The translations under genes were made by a program, and so were the position numbers. Under the pieces are notes generated by a model. The model was not told the DNA's origin, made no database searches, and worked only from the letters and a program-made list of their open reading frames with translations. Positions 9,894 to 22,095 of a DNA stretch of 64,000 nt are shown one piece after another. The stretch covers positions 99,200,001 through 99,264,000 of the forward strand of contig NC_059430.1 in NCBI RefSeq assembly GCF_021028975.2, read 5' to 3'. Source of the DNA: Sphaerodactylus townsendi (lineage: Eukaryota). Every line of letters starts with the position of its first letter. Within the stretch, counting starts at the first letter, position 1.

Positions 9894-11219
9894 GACCCTG
9901 TTCCTTTAGTTTGTTGTCCAAAGGAAGACCCTACTGGCAAGCACAGAAGTAGTGGGAATGGGGACTGCTTCGCTTCTGAGAAAGTTTAAAAGGTCCGTGG
10001 ATAGGCACAAATTTCTGCAGGTGTGCCGGCACGAAGACCACAAAGAAGAACAAATGCTTTGGAGGCAGATAAGGGGCATGTATCAAGACATGCAGTTCCA
10101 AAGACTTAATGCGATTTACGTTTTCAGAAGAAGTGGCAGTGATTTTGGTCACTTCCTGCTTTCCGCTGAGGGAACCCTGCACTGTTCCTACGACTATGCT
10201 GACCCACAAGAGCAAAATTTCCTTCGGGGGGTTCAGGGTTTGGTAGGATGCATTAGAGACTAAGGGTGGGAAAGTCCTGTTTGGGGGAGTCAATGAATGC
10301 TCAGATACATACCACAGTTTTTAATTCTATCTTAAATATACACAGGACCAGGTCTCTGGATGCTTGGTTTGAATTTTGCTCCCCCCCCCCCACCAACTAC
10401 TGACATCTCTTTGTTTCCCTGCAAGACTGAAATTATACCTGGTGCTACATTAGAGATCTTATACTCCCAGAGGCTGTTCCTTTCCAAATTATTTTTTTCT
10501 TTCTTTTACAGGGAAAAGGTGGATCAAAAATCTGTCAGCAATTCCATTAAAAAGAACATGCATTGTTCTCACAGTTCATCTCATTGGCTTCTGTTTCACG
10601 GAACTGAATTGAAGAGAGTTCTATTCCCTACCCCCTGCTAATTTTACACATCTTATTTGCAAGAGACAAAAGCTAAAATATTTCTCTCCTATCCCCCCCT
10701 CCCCACTCCCAAGCTTGAACTAGGAATAAACAAGTCTGGAATTAGTGAGGGAAAGCAGAGGAAAAGAACAGCTTCACTCACTCTTCAGACCTTGAACAAC
10801 TTGAAGGTTGGGATTTGGTACAGTGGAGAACAGCAAGACACCCAGCGGTTGATTGACACACGACAACAGCAGACCCTTACCTGGCAAGAATCTTAAATTC
10901 AGAGAGAGAAAGGAAAGGCAAGAATGACAACTCCTTCATGAGAGAGGAGCATCGCAGGCTCTGTACTTTTTTTAAAAAATAAAAAGAATACAACAAAAAC
11001 TCAAGTTTTTCCGTGTACCAACTTTTCTTCCTTCTCTTAGTTGGTGCTGCAAATTATTGTCCTTAGAAACATCCTGAATTCATTTCATGCTCCCCAGTTT
11101 CTAGTCAAACGTTCTGAGTGTCTTTTTTTTTAATCAGTTTCCTTGTCAGAAAGAAGCTCTGGAGATTTACACCATTCTTGCAAAATGTGTTAATTTATAA
11201 ATATGTAAATTGATGCATG

Positions 11220-11425
11220 CCCTGACCTGGAGGGCCTCAGCTAGCTGGATCTCACCAGACTTCAGAAGCTCAGCAAGGTCAGCCATGATGAGTACTCAGA
11301 AGGGAGGCCACCAAGGAAGTTGGGGTTGATATGCAGAGGCAGGCAAAAACAAACCTTCTCTGTTCATCTACTGCCTTGAAAACCCTACAGGGTCAACTGA
11401 CTTGAAGGCCCTTTACATCACCACC
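11220..11425 (+). mobile_element. 5S rRNA-derived SINE with RTE/BovB-like tail
   Basis: Degenerate 5S-like head (GATCTCACCAGACTTCAGAAGCTCAGCAAGGTCAGCC), same body as the 50275 copy. Confidence 0.7.
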
Positions 11426-12619
11426 AAGATCATGGAGGCAAGGCTTCCAGATGTAAGAACCTGACTTCAAGCCGCCATTTTGTTGCTTACAACACGCATG
11501 GAACTGACCTGACTGTTGGCAGAGTGACTAACCAAAGGGAGGTGTACAAGCTGATTAAAGTGTAGATTTTTTTAAAGGAACTACCATACTTTATAGTAAA
11601 GAGTAGAGACAGAGGGACTATCCTAACTACATAACTAAGAGAGACCAGGGAGTGTGAGCGAGAGAGAGAGTGACTTCTAAGGAGGAGGAGGACATTGCCC
11701 TAGCAGTAGCAATCTGAAGAGAGGCTTAAAAGGAAAGAAGGCCCTAATTTCATTGCCCTATCTAACAGTTCATTCTCTGTCCCCTGCAGAGTCTTCTTCT
11801 CATCTTTGTACACCAGACATTGCCTATTCCAACACTGACAAGTCCCCGTTTTCTCATCCTCCTACTCCATGGAGCTAAATATGAAACCTTCCTTCAGCCT
11901 AAGGAGACTTCCGCCAACATACGAAGGTCTGCCTCCAACAGAAGAACCACAGGTTTGAGGAAGCTCTGGAGGAAAGCTCTTTGAAGAAAGGTATCGTCTG
12001 CATTTTCCAAGTGATGATTAAGTTCAGCCTGATAACAAGCATCCCCATGAGAAAGAGATTCCAGGGGGGCATAATATAATATTTTTTCCAGTTTTCACTT
12101 GACCAGTTCTCCTCTCTGTCAAGCTTGACAGTCTATCACCTGTGGCAGTGGGTAATGGCTCATTACCCAACTGGCATTCAGTGATCTCAGCAGGCAATGT
12201 GCATGGACGACAGTGTTGCAGGGTTTAAAAAAACTAACAGCTAAATCACAAAGCACTGCCACTCTTTGTACAGTGTTTGTTCCCACCAATTCCCAGTTAG
12301 ATAAGCTCATTAAAGAAGAGAACGTATTCCCCAGGCTGTCGGGGGCACAAGGCATAGCAGGAGAAAGAAACCTAACAGACCCAGGAGAGAGAACCGCTTT
12401 CTGTACGCGGAGCTGATTTACTCACTGGCATACCCTGATGCTGGAATGACTGGCATATGTTGCTTTCAGGAAGGAATCAGGAAAAACTGGAGCCGTCACC
12501 ACATTTAAAGAAAGCAATTTCATTGGAATGGCAATTGCTATCACAGTCAGAGGACAGAACGTGGAGGTGCAGTGCTTGTTTCTCAGCTCCGCTCTATGGT
12601 TCTGCTGTTGCCGAGCAGA

Positions 12620-12870
12620 TGTCGTGGCGGCCACAACCATAGATGGCTTTAAAGGAGGATTAGAGAGATGCGTAGAAGAGAGGTCCATCAATGACCGGCA
12701 GTCACAGTGACCAAAGAGAACCTTTATGTCCAGCCTTTGAGTACCATTGCTAAGAGGCAACATCAGGGGAAGGTCTTGGCCTCTATGCCCTGTTTGTTGG
12801 CTCACCAGGGCATCTGATTGGCTGCTGTATGAAATGGGATGCTGGGCTTCTGACCCCACCCAGCTGGACT
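12620..12870 (+). mobile_element. CR1 LINE 3' fragment
   Basis: Translates as DVVAATTIDGFKGGLERCVEERSINDR (CR1 ORF2 end) followed by a CR1-like 3' UTR. Confidence 0.75.
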
Positions 12871-12905
12871 TTTCTTTTTTAGATGCTCATTTTTACTGAA
12901 ATAAC

Positions 12906-13196
12906 TGTTGGCACAGAGAAGCAGCTGATTAAAAGGGTTCAAAAGTAAATGTTTATTAGAGAACTACATTTAGGATAATAGAGAGGGGAAAGATAGCTGT
13001 TACCTTTCTAGCTTGGGAGAGTCTGGTGCTCTAACCTCCAAGAAGTAGCAGGATTGTAGATCTGAGAGTATAAGTCTAAGGACAGACAAGAAGTGACACA
13101 GAAAGTATCTAACCTTGCAGCTCTCTCTAGCTGACCACTTGCCTGTCCCCTGGTGGATCTTCTTCTCCGTCCCTTTGCATGCTAGACATTCCCACA
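12906..13196 (-). mobile_element. older divergent copia-type solo LTR
   Basis: TG...CA ends with 5-bp TSD ATAAC (12901-12905 and 13197-13201). Homologous to 6802-7130. Confidence 0.85.
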
Positions 13197-13624
13197 ATAA
13201 CAATGGCATACAAATTTACCAGTATCCAATGTAAACTGGGGGGGGGGGGGAGATTAGTTCAAAATCCAAAATTCAAAATTCAAAAGCAATTTAATAATTC
13301 ACTTTTTTGCCTAGGAATTTAAGTTGGCCATGTACAAATACTCCAATATAAGGTATTTGAAAAGACATTTGAGATTTATCAACTACCTTTTTCAAAGACC
13401 TCAAAGACTAAACACTATTGAAGCATTACACAGCCAAATACAGCTGAGCCACGTTTTCCTAAGCAGTAACAGATACTAAGGACTAGGAATGCCTTTTTGT
13501 TAAAGAAAAATGAAAATAAAAATCAGTTTCCCAGAAGCAGTTAAAAGTTACTCATGTCAAATGGGTTGTTAAAATATATAAAGACAATCTTGCCAGATGT
13601 CAAAAATTACAGTAGCGCTCTGCA

Positions 13625-13868
13625 TATATTTATTAATTTATTTACTTCATTTATATTCTACCTTTCTCCCTAATGGGAACTCAAAACAGTGTTTCCCGTG
13701 CCCTCCATTTTATCCTCATAACAACCTTCTGAGATACGAGTTAAGCTGGATTGGCCAGTATAAATATAATAAACTGGGCCTGCTTGACTAGTCACCCAAC
13801 AAGTTTCCATAGCAGCGTGGGGATTCAAACCAGCGTCTTCCAGTTCAACACCCTAACTACTATGCCAC
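13625..13868 (-). mobile_element. old CORE/MIR-like SINE with L2 tail
   Basis: tRNA-like head near 13868, CORE-like body and TTTA tail. Similar copies near 20090-20300, 22220-22430, 42930-43145 and 53300-53512. Confidence 0.65.
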
Positions 13869-13872
13869 AACA

Positions 13873-14470
13873 GAGGGGGTTTTACCAGTAAGCCAGATGC
13901 TAGACAGGACATAAGCAGTGGTGGGATTTAGCCTGTTCGCACCAGTTCGGCAGAACCAGTTGTTAAATGGTGCTTGTAAACAACTGGTTGTTAAATTCTT
14001 TGAATCCCACCACTGGACATAGGGATTGACACGTTTACTCTAACCTACTGACACTATCTCTTTGAAGTTAGACTGATACTCTTAGGGACTTCCTTCCTTC
14101 CAGCTCACGTCTTCTTCCTTCTCTCTTCCCTTGCTACCATATACTACTGCACCATGTGTAGGGAGGATGAAAGCGGAATGCCTCCATCCCCATCCAACTA
14201 GCTAGATTAGATTAGTGAACCGATCTATCTACCTTTCTATCCAGAATGGAGTTAACTAATAAATACTCTTTTTATTAGAATAGAAATTACAAATGACTCC
14301 GATTTTTCTTTGTGCCAATGCACGCACACGCTCATTTGGGAATGCTCCACTGTGCTTATGCCTCGGTGCACTCTGTTTGTAATGCTAAGGTATCTCTCTC
14401 TAGGGAGATTATCCGACACATACCCTTTCTCCAAAAAGCTCAGAACTACTCTGTGGGTCTTGCCACAACA
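13873..14470 (+). mobile_element. 5'-truncated copia LTR of an intermediate-age subfamily
   Basis: Aligns to the 2997 LTR (TTAGACTGATACTCTTAGGGACTTCC; CCAGAATGGAGTTAACTAATAAATACTC) and ends CAACA. Flanked by the TGCCACAACA direct repeat. Confidence 0.85.
13916..14015. mobile_element. hAT MITE nested in the copia LTR
   Basis: TIR CAGTGGTGGGATT/AATCCCACCACTG with 8-bp TSD GACATAAG/GACATAGG. Confidence 0.88.
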
Positions 14471-15139
14471 TCTAAACAGCCAAGGGTCACCACTAAGTCA
14501 TAAAATTCAGTAGAGTCCTTTCCAGGGGTGCTCCAGCTGACTCATCCAGAGTAAAAATTGCTACCACATAATAGAGAGAGAATTTATGAAGAAATGGGGC
14601 TGGGAAAAATTAGCTCTAATTGCTAGGCTGAACAGCTTAAGTTCAATTCCAGACAGACTCCCATTGGTATTTCTTCAAGGGCTTGCGCAAGCTACTCCCA
14701 GGAGGACTTGGTTAGTCTTTCGGGAGGGAAAAAGTGAGCATCAGTATCTCATCTTGCAGCACAGGCATCCATCCACATCTCTGCTGCTTATTCCCCAAAG
14801 TCTGCATTGGGACGAAGTCTCTCTCTGTTATCCCACTGAGAGCTGACTTAAAAGAGTTGACTCCCTGAGCTTCAGTAAGGCTAGAAACATTTTTTTTTCA
14901 AAATTCAGGGAACTGTAAGACACAGGATCTAACAATCACATTCTGATGTGTGGGCTGCGGCTTACGTCTTCCATAGACTTCTGCAACAGTTCAGGTTCGT
15001 TTCAGGTTAAGATAATTCACACAGGGCGCCATGCCAGGAGAAGAGTCTGAAAGTATACTGCTGACTGTAGCCACACCCTGACTGCACAGAAGGCCAATCA
15101 TAAATCTATGTGGCCATCCAGATACCACTGCACCATTAA

Positions 15140-15405
15140 AAGATCATTACTGACCACTATTGACTCATGAGGTAATGTCACATCATGAAGTGTTCTAGGC
15201 AGACTATATTTATGGAGTGGTTTGCAATTGAGTTCCTCAGTCACTTTAACCCCAGCCCAGCAAGCTGGGTGCTCATTTTACCAACCTCGGAAGGATTGGA
15301 GCCTGAGTCAGTCTTGAGCCAGCTAACTGTAATTGATTTTGAGATCGAACTCAGGTCGTGAGCAGAGCTTTGATTGCAGTCCTGCAGCTTACCAGCCTGC
15401 ACCAT
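15140..15405 (-). mobile_element. Sauria SINE
   Basis: Diagnostic CAGCAAGCTGGGTGCTCATTTTACCAACCTCGGAAGGAT..GATCGAACTCAGGTCGTGAGCAGAG. Confidence 0.8.
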
Positions 15406-15511
15406 CAGCAAGGCATAAAAGCATATTGTGTTTTACTTTCTAAAATGGGAGGTTTGAATCCTTACTCAGCCCTGGAAGCCCACTGGGTCCTATCAGAGTG
15501 CATTATCTTCA

Positions 15512-15808
15512 CCAGCGTAGTGTAGTGTTTAAGAGCAGGTGAATTCTAATCTGGAGAACCGGGTTTGATTCCCCACTCCTCCACCTAAGTGGCAGATTCT
15601 TATCTGGTGAACCAAGTGTGTTTCCGCACTCCTACATTCCTGCTGGGTGACCTTGGGCTGGTCACAGTTCTTCAGAACTCTCTCAGCCCCACCTACCTCA
15701 CAAGGTCTCTTTTGTGGGGAGAGGAAGGGAAACCAGCTTGTAAGCCACCTTGAGTCTCCTTACAGGAGAGAAAGGTGGGGTATAAATCCAAACTCTTCTC
15801 TTCTCTTC
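15512..15808 (+). mobile_element. Squam3-like tRNA/CORE SINE with L2 tail
   Basis: A/B boxes (GGGTTTGATTCCC), CORE-like GGGTGACCTTGGGC, tail ending TATAAATCCAAAC(TCT)n. Confidence 0.85.
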
Positions 15809-16192
15809 TACCTGTGAGGCTAAAATGGAGGAGAGGAGGAGGCTGTAAGCTGCTTTTGGTCCCCAATCAGGGAGAAAAGCAGGATACAAATAACAAATTT
15901 AAAAAATAAAGCAGAGGGCCTTCTGATTTCAAATTTGACTATGGCTTTTTATCTTTCCTCAGTAGCATTTTGCATTTGCTCAGCATTCCTTATCTACCGG
16001 TATGGCTTTTAAAAATGACTGCCCACTAGCAGGACAGAAGGCCATTTCCCGGAAGTTACACTTGGGGCTATAGATCTGATTACACAGAGCCAGAGTTTTA
16101 GCCACATTCGATGTGCCCAAATGTTCCAGAAACATTGTTTCCTTCCTAGCCCTTCAACCCCACCCACCCCCATTCTCTTCTTAAAGAGAAGG

Positions 16193-16935
16193 ATGTGCAA
16201 GCACTGGGTCATTACTGACCCATGGGACATCACCACATCATGACATTTACTAGGCAGACTTTGTTTAAAGGGTGGTTTGCTATTGCCTTCCCCAGTCATC
16301 TNNNNNNNNNNNNNNNNNNNNNNNNNNNNNNNNNNNNNNNNNNNNNNNNNNNNNNNNNNNNNNNNNNNNNNNNNNNNNNNNNNNNNNNNNNNNNNNNNNN
16401 NNNNNNNNNNNNNNNNNNNNNNNNNNNNNNNNNNNNNNNNNNNNNNNNNNNNNNNNNNNNNNNNNNNNNNNNNNNNNNNNNNNNNNNNNNNNNNNNNNNN
16501 NNNNNNNNNNNNNNNNNNNCCCCTTTCTCTTCTGTAGGAGACTCAAAGGGGCTTACAATCTCCTTGCCCTTCCCCCCTCACAACAAACACCCTGTGAGGT
16601 AGGTGGGGCTGAGGAGAGTTCAGAAGAACTGTGTCTAGCCCAAGGTCACCCAGCTGGCATGTGTTGGAGTGCGCAAGCTAATCTGAATTCCCCAGATAAG
16701 CCTCCACAGCTCAAGCAGCAGAGCGGAGAATCAAACCTGGTTCCTCCAGATTAGATACACGAGCTCTTAACCTCCTACACCACTGTTGCTGGGTACTCCT
16801 TTTAATGACCTCAGATGTCATTAAGAAGAATCAGCCTTGAAGTGGCTATCTGAAATAGACTTCTGCTGGGATCAAACTCATGTCATGAGCAGAGCTTTGG
16901 CTGCACTGCTGAGACTTTCCACTCTGCGCCATAAG
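16193..16935 (-). mobile_element. Sauria SINE split by a gap and a nested Squam3-like SINE (16520-16790, minus)
   Basis: Sauria pieces at 16193-16301 and 16792-16935 flank a Squam3-like copy. Confidence 0.7.
16302..16519. other. assembly gap (N run)
   Basis: Run of Ns. Confidence 1.
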
Positions 16936-17522
16936 GCGGCTTATTATCTCCTTTTTAGCCCTCTAATCTGCACACAGCTCTCACCTATCTGAGGGCATTT
17001 GCTGGGTCTGCCATACTCTGCCTTCACAGCCCCAAATGTCTGTGAAGCATCTTCCATTGACACATCAAGTGGCAAGGAGCCACTATTCTCTTGTGGATCG
17101 ATGCCACTAATTAAGCGCAGAGGAGCAAAGGCTAGCATAGCCTTTGGACTCTTAGAAGAAGGGGCAAAGCAAGTGGGAGCCTTAATGGCCCCCTAATGAA
17201 CTGCCATGTTGTGGGGGGGGGGGTTGATGGAAGCAAATTAGTGTCACCAGCAGTGACCCCTGGTATACCACTGCCTTAATTGCCTCTTGCTTTGCTGACT
17301 GGCGAGCACATATATGAGGTTATCATGACACAGCCGGGGCTTCTGCAAAGTGCCTTCCCCTGAAAAATCAGCTCTCCTGTTTTGTACCTCAGCCTTGCTC
17401 TGTACAAAAAGTGGAAAAAAGAATTTGGAAAACTTTTTTCCTCCATATTTTTTTTAAAAAAAGAAGCCAAGGCTTGAGGCTGAGTGACAGATCCAGGGCT
17501 GTCCATGCCAAAAGTCCTAGGC

Positions 17523-17671
17523 CAGGGGTGGCCAAACCTATGGCACTCCAGATGTTCATGGACTACAATTCCCACCAGCCCCTGCCAGCATGGCCAATTG
17601 CTCATGCTGGCAAGGGCTGATGGGAATTGTAGTCCATGAACATCTGGAGTGCCATAGGTTCGCCACCATGG
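17523..17671. mobile_element. palindromic hAT MITE (same family as 4322)
   Basis: Self-complementary, with TSD TCCTAGGC/TCCTAGGG. Confidence 0.9.
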
Positions 17672-17854
17672 TCCTAGGGGAATTCCTGGCATGTCCTGTT
17701 GAAGTGAGCCTGGCCCAAGCAGGCATTGGAAAAGACCCCTCTAGGTCCAAGACTGTGGAAATCCATAACCAGTCAGACAGGTCTGGGCTAAATGGAATTG
17801 TGGTCTGACTCTGTACAAGGCAGCTTTATATGTCCAATGTTTGTCTCTCTAGGT

Positions 17855-18200
17855 TGGGTGTTCCCAACCTTTTTGAGCCTGTGGACACTTTGGGAATTTC
17901 GGGAGGGGATGGCGAGCATCACTCCAATATGGCTGCCTGAGGAGGTGAAGGCAAAACACCTTCCTCCTCATACCTCCTGGAAAGAAGGACATCTTGAAGG
18001 GAGAATATAACCACACACTGGCTGAGGAAAGCCCAGACCTCCTCATCCTCCAGCGGAAACTCCTTTAATTTGAATAAGGGCAGTTGATAACAAGCCTTGT
18101 CTTGCAACGGCTCCATCCGCTTTCTGAAAAGCTTGGTGGGCACCAAGGGAAGTACTGGTGAGTGTCATAGCATCCACGTGCACCATGTTGGGGAACCCTG
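17855..18200. mobile_element. older hAT (Charlie-like) MITE
   Basis: Degenerate TIR GGGTGTTCCCAAC/GTTGGGGAACCCTG with TSD CTCTAGGT/CTTTAGGT. Confidence 0.7.
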
Positions 18201-18679
18201 CTTTAGGTGGACCAGCTGTTGATATTCACCACATATGTCTACCTCATATTGTCGCCAGCAATTGGGGGTGAGTGTGGGCTGGGAACTGCAGGTACCTCAG
18301 AGGATACAATATGTCAGTGCAGAAAACATAGAACTATAAACAGAAATGATATTAATCTGTGTACATACCCTACAATAACAAGTGAGGACCTGCAAGAAAC
18401 TTGCAGGGAGGGGGGAAATTCTCGTGACTTGGCTTCTTTCTCCCCTCCCCTTCTTTCTTTCTCTCTCCACCCAGCCAATCCCTCCTTCTTTCCCTTTCCT
18501 TCCCTTTAAGCCAATCACCCTTCATTCTCTTTCCCTGAAGCCAATCCCCCTGATTTTTCTCCCTCTCCTACCAAGCCAGCCCACTTCTTTCTTTCTCTTT
18601 CTCTCCCTCCAAGGCAACCAAGATCAAGTTAATTCATGCGGTAGTATTCCCCATTGCTATGTAAAATCTTGGCAATGAA

Positions 18680-19072
18680 GCAAACTGACAAGAAGAAAGT
18701 AGATTCCTTTGAAATGTGGCTTTGGAGGATAGTGTTATGGATACCGTGGATTGTCAAAAAAACCCCTCCTCCAAATCAGTGGGCTCTAGATCAAATCAAA
18801 CTGCCCTAGAAGCTAAAGTGACTAAATGGAAGCAGTTGTACTTTGGTAACATAGTCAAAAGACAGGAGTCACTGGAAAAGACAATAATGCTAGGAAAGGT
18901 TGCGTGCAGCCAGAAACCAGGAAAGCCCAACATGAGATGGATCTACTTTATAAAGCAAGCCACAGTCCTCAGTTTGCAAGACCTGAGCAAGGCTGTTAAG
19001 AATAGGATTTTTTGGAGTACATTGTTTCATAGGGTTGCCATAGGTCGGAAGTGACTTGATAGCACTTAATAC
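18680..19072 (+). mobile_element. RTE-BovB LINE 3' fragment
   Basis: Translates as LEAKVTKWKQLYFGNIVKRQESLEKTIMLGKV..PNMRWI. Confidence 0.82.
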
Positions 19073-20503
19073 ATACAAAGGCAATTCCTCCTTCTTCCCC
19101 CACAGTAATAATGGTGATGGCAACTCTCCTGCCTGCCCAGCAGCCTCCTCCAAACATACATTCCTCAATGGCAGCATTGACTCTCTTGACCACCAATCCA
19201 TTCAACGGCTTGCCTCAGCTCCCCCACTCTGCAAATGAATATCAGTGGTGAATTTCCTGGCCACCAGTTCAACAGCTTTCCCCCTTCCCCTTCCATACTC
19301 ACCAACAGCAGCAAGTTGACGGGCCCCTTACCTCCTCTTACAACAGGGCAGGCCCAGCCAAACCTCTTGACTGGAGGATGTAATCCTCCCAAATGTATAC
19401 CCCCCCCCACTATTGCTGCTGCTTTTACAGGCCCAGTGAGATTCCCACCCTCTGTAGCTGGGCCTCCTGTGGTTCCCCTCCCCTCCTCCCGGGCCACCAC
19501 TGCAGCTCCCTGGCTGGTGAGAAAGTTTTTATACTAAATTCCTCAGATTTTTTCCCCAGATGTTTCTACAAATTTGGGGAGTACCCCAAGCTTGAAGAAA
19601 CAGCTGTTTGGGATGAGTGTGGCCCCTATCTGAAGATGTAAGTATCTGCAGGCAGAAGGCATGCTTCAGAATTAGATTAAAAGGGCCACATGATTATTAG
19701 TGTTATTTATGAATGTATTAGTTGCTTGCCCATTCTTTTCATGAAAATATCCTGTAGGGATGTGCAAATAAAACTTTAATTTAAAAAAAACCATTAAAAC
19801 ATATTCTAAAATTCTACAGGCTAAACATATTGAAATAACAGACGATATGGGAAGTTAAATGCTGAATGTAATTTTGCAGGAAAGCCTTTAGTAACAAAAA
19901 CAAGTATGTTAATGTTATTATTATCTAAAATGTTTGGTATAATCCCTCAAAGCAGATCAAAAGAGAAAAGTACAAAGTACAATAAAACGCAATATAAAAC
20001 AATCAATCAAGATTACCAGCAGATGAAATAGACTAAGCTACAAACCAGGATCTCCACTGTCAACCTCACCAACCTAGTTGCTTTCTCCATTTATACCCCA
20101 CTTTTCTTCCCAGGTGGAATGAAAGGCACTTACAACAAATATTGTTCTCCCTCCTCTCATTTATTCTCATAACAGCAATCCTATAAGGGGGCTTAGGCTG
20201 ACTACATGTGTTTGGCTCAAGGTCACCCAGTAAGCTTTCATGAGGGGATTCAAACCTCCCAAATCCTAGTCCAAACCTCTATCCACTACACCACTCTAGC
20301 TCTCCAGTCTTCTAGCCATTACATCACATTCTCATGGATTCCATAATGTTTGGACACTACTAATGTTGGACACAGGAGGGTGGAGGGGCCTTCAGGAAAC
20401 ACCCTAAAATATTTTTCTCTCCTGCTCTCTTGCTTTGTGACATTCAACTTGCCACAGCCACAACATGATGGGAAGTTCAGAAACATGTCTGTCCAGACCT
20501 CAC

Positions 20504-20720
20504 NNNNNNNNNNNNNNNNNNNNNNNNNNNNNNNNNNNNNNNNNNNNNNNNNNNNNNNNNNNNNNNNNNNNNNNNNNNNNNNNNNNNNNNNNNNNNNNNN
20601 NNNNNNNNNNNNNNNNNNNNNNNNNNNNNNNNNNNNNNNNNNNNNNNNNNNNNNNNNNNNNNNNNNNNNNNNNNNNNNNNNNNNNNNNNNNNNNNNNNNN
20701 NNNNNNNNNNNNNNNNNNNN
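20504..20720. other. assembly gap (N run)
   Basis: Run of Ns. Confidence 1.
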
Positions 20721-21779
20721 TTTCACAGCAATGCCTTTGTACTCAGAGAAGGCCGTTGTCTGTTCCAGATGGCTCTTTAATTAAAAGATGCTGACTGGAC
20801 TTCTCTGAGGAATGATGGCATATTGACATAGGGAGGCTTGCCTTCTACCTGGGCTCTTTAATGGGGGCACTGGGGTTGCAAAAACCTCATGAATACAGGA
20901 GTCTGGAAGCAGGCACAGCCATTTGGCCATAAATATTAAATGCTGCAGGAACCTCAAGCGACTGCATTGTTTCTCTTTCTGCCTCCCCATTAAGAGCAGT
21001 GCTAAAGAATCCAGCACCATGGACAGCTCATTCTGTTCACTTGGAGCTCAGTGAAGTTAGGTGGTTTCTTACCCATATGAGACCAGAGAGGGGCTGGGGG
21101 GGATGAGGAAGTGATGAATATCGTCTTTCTCTGTCACTTTTTCTTCTCTTCATTTTCCCTGTTTGCTATGATGTTGTTTCTTTCTTTAACCTGTCCCTTG
21201 TTTCCCACCCTCTCTTATATTTTCAGTCATTTTTCCTTCCTTACTTTTGGTCGGAAAAAAGTTCTGGAGTGTACGTTGATAGATCAGGTAGGGATCATGC
21301 ACCTAGCTGTTTGCCTTGTAGGAAAAGAGCTGGGAGTAAAGCTTGTAGAAATGACCATGGCAAATCAGATGTTCAGCTAAATGCACAGTTGCCAGCAAAA
21401 CGGAAGGTGCGTGTCCAACTCTTTCTCTTATAACATGGCCATCATTGACATCCACATTTCCCCACTTTGCCAAGCAGCAGCCACTGAAATGGGTAAGAAA
21501 TGAGGAAATTGGTGAGGGATGGTTAAGTCTAGCTAAACATTACAGAGCCAAACACATGACTGCTGTTTTCAGCGGCAGCTGTACCTTTACAGCAGAATAT
21601 CTAGTGTGGCCCTTTAAGAGAAATAACAAAGTCCCTCTTGCTTCAAGCTACACAGTCATGTGCTTTGTCCCTTCTCTCTCTAGTCAAAGAAGTTTTTGAA
21701 ACACTACAAAATCTTGCAAAAGCTGTTTACCAGTGAGAAATTGATTGGCTTGAGACGGCAGGGGAGAGGAAAGGAAAGC

Positions 21780-22095
21780 ATTTCTTCATGATTAACTTAT
21801 GGAATGCGTTGCCACAAAATGTAGTGACAACCATTAGATTAGAAGGCTTTTAAAAGAGATCAGATACATTTGTGGTGGAAGGAGTAGTCCATCAATGGCT
21901 ATTAGCCATGATAGCTTAATGGAAGGTCAGTGTTTCTCTGAATACCAGATCCCAACCAACAGGGGAGGGCTGCTGTTTATCTCTCTGCTTTGCAAACTTC
22001 CCAGAAGCATCTGGCTGGTTGCTGCTGGAAATGGAATGGTGGTATTGATGGGCCTTGGTTCCCATCCAGAAGGGCTCTTTTCATATCCTCATGAT
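21780..22095 (+). mobile_element. CR1 LINE 3' fragment
   Basis: ATTAACTTATGGAATGCGTTGCCACAAAATGTAGTG..GGCTTTTAAAAGAGAT matches the CR1 ORF2 end and 3' UTR. Confidence 0.7.

Noticed and set aside
9952-10263. 103-aa ORF as a gene
   Set aside because: Non-ATG first codon as called, no recognisable domain and no exon context.
16222-16754. Long ORFs containing X runs (also near 20.4, 45.4 and 49.3 kb)
   Set aside because: Artefacts of the N gaps.
18470-18610. Triple CCAAT promoter
   Set aside because: The CCAAT words are units of a pyrimidine-rich degenerate tandem repeat, with no other promoter evidence.
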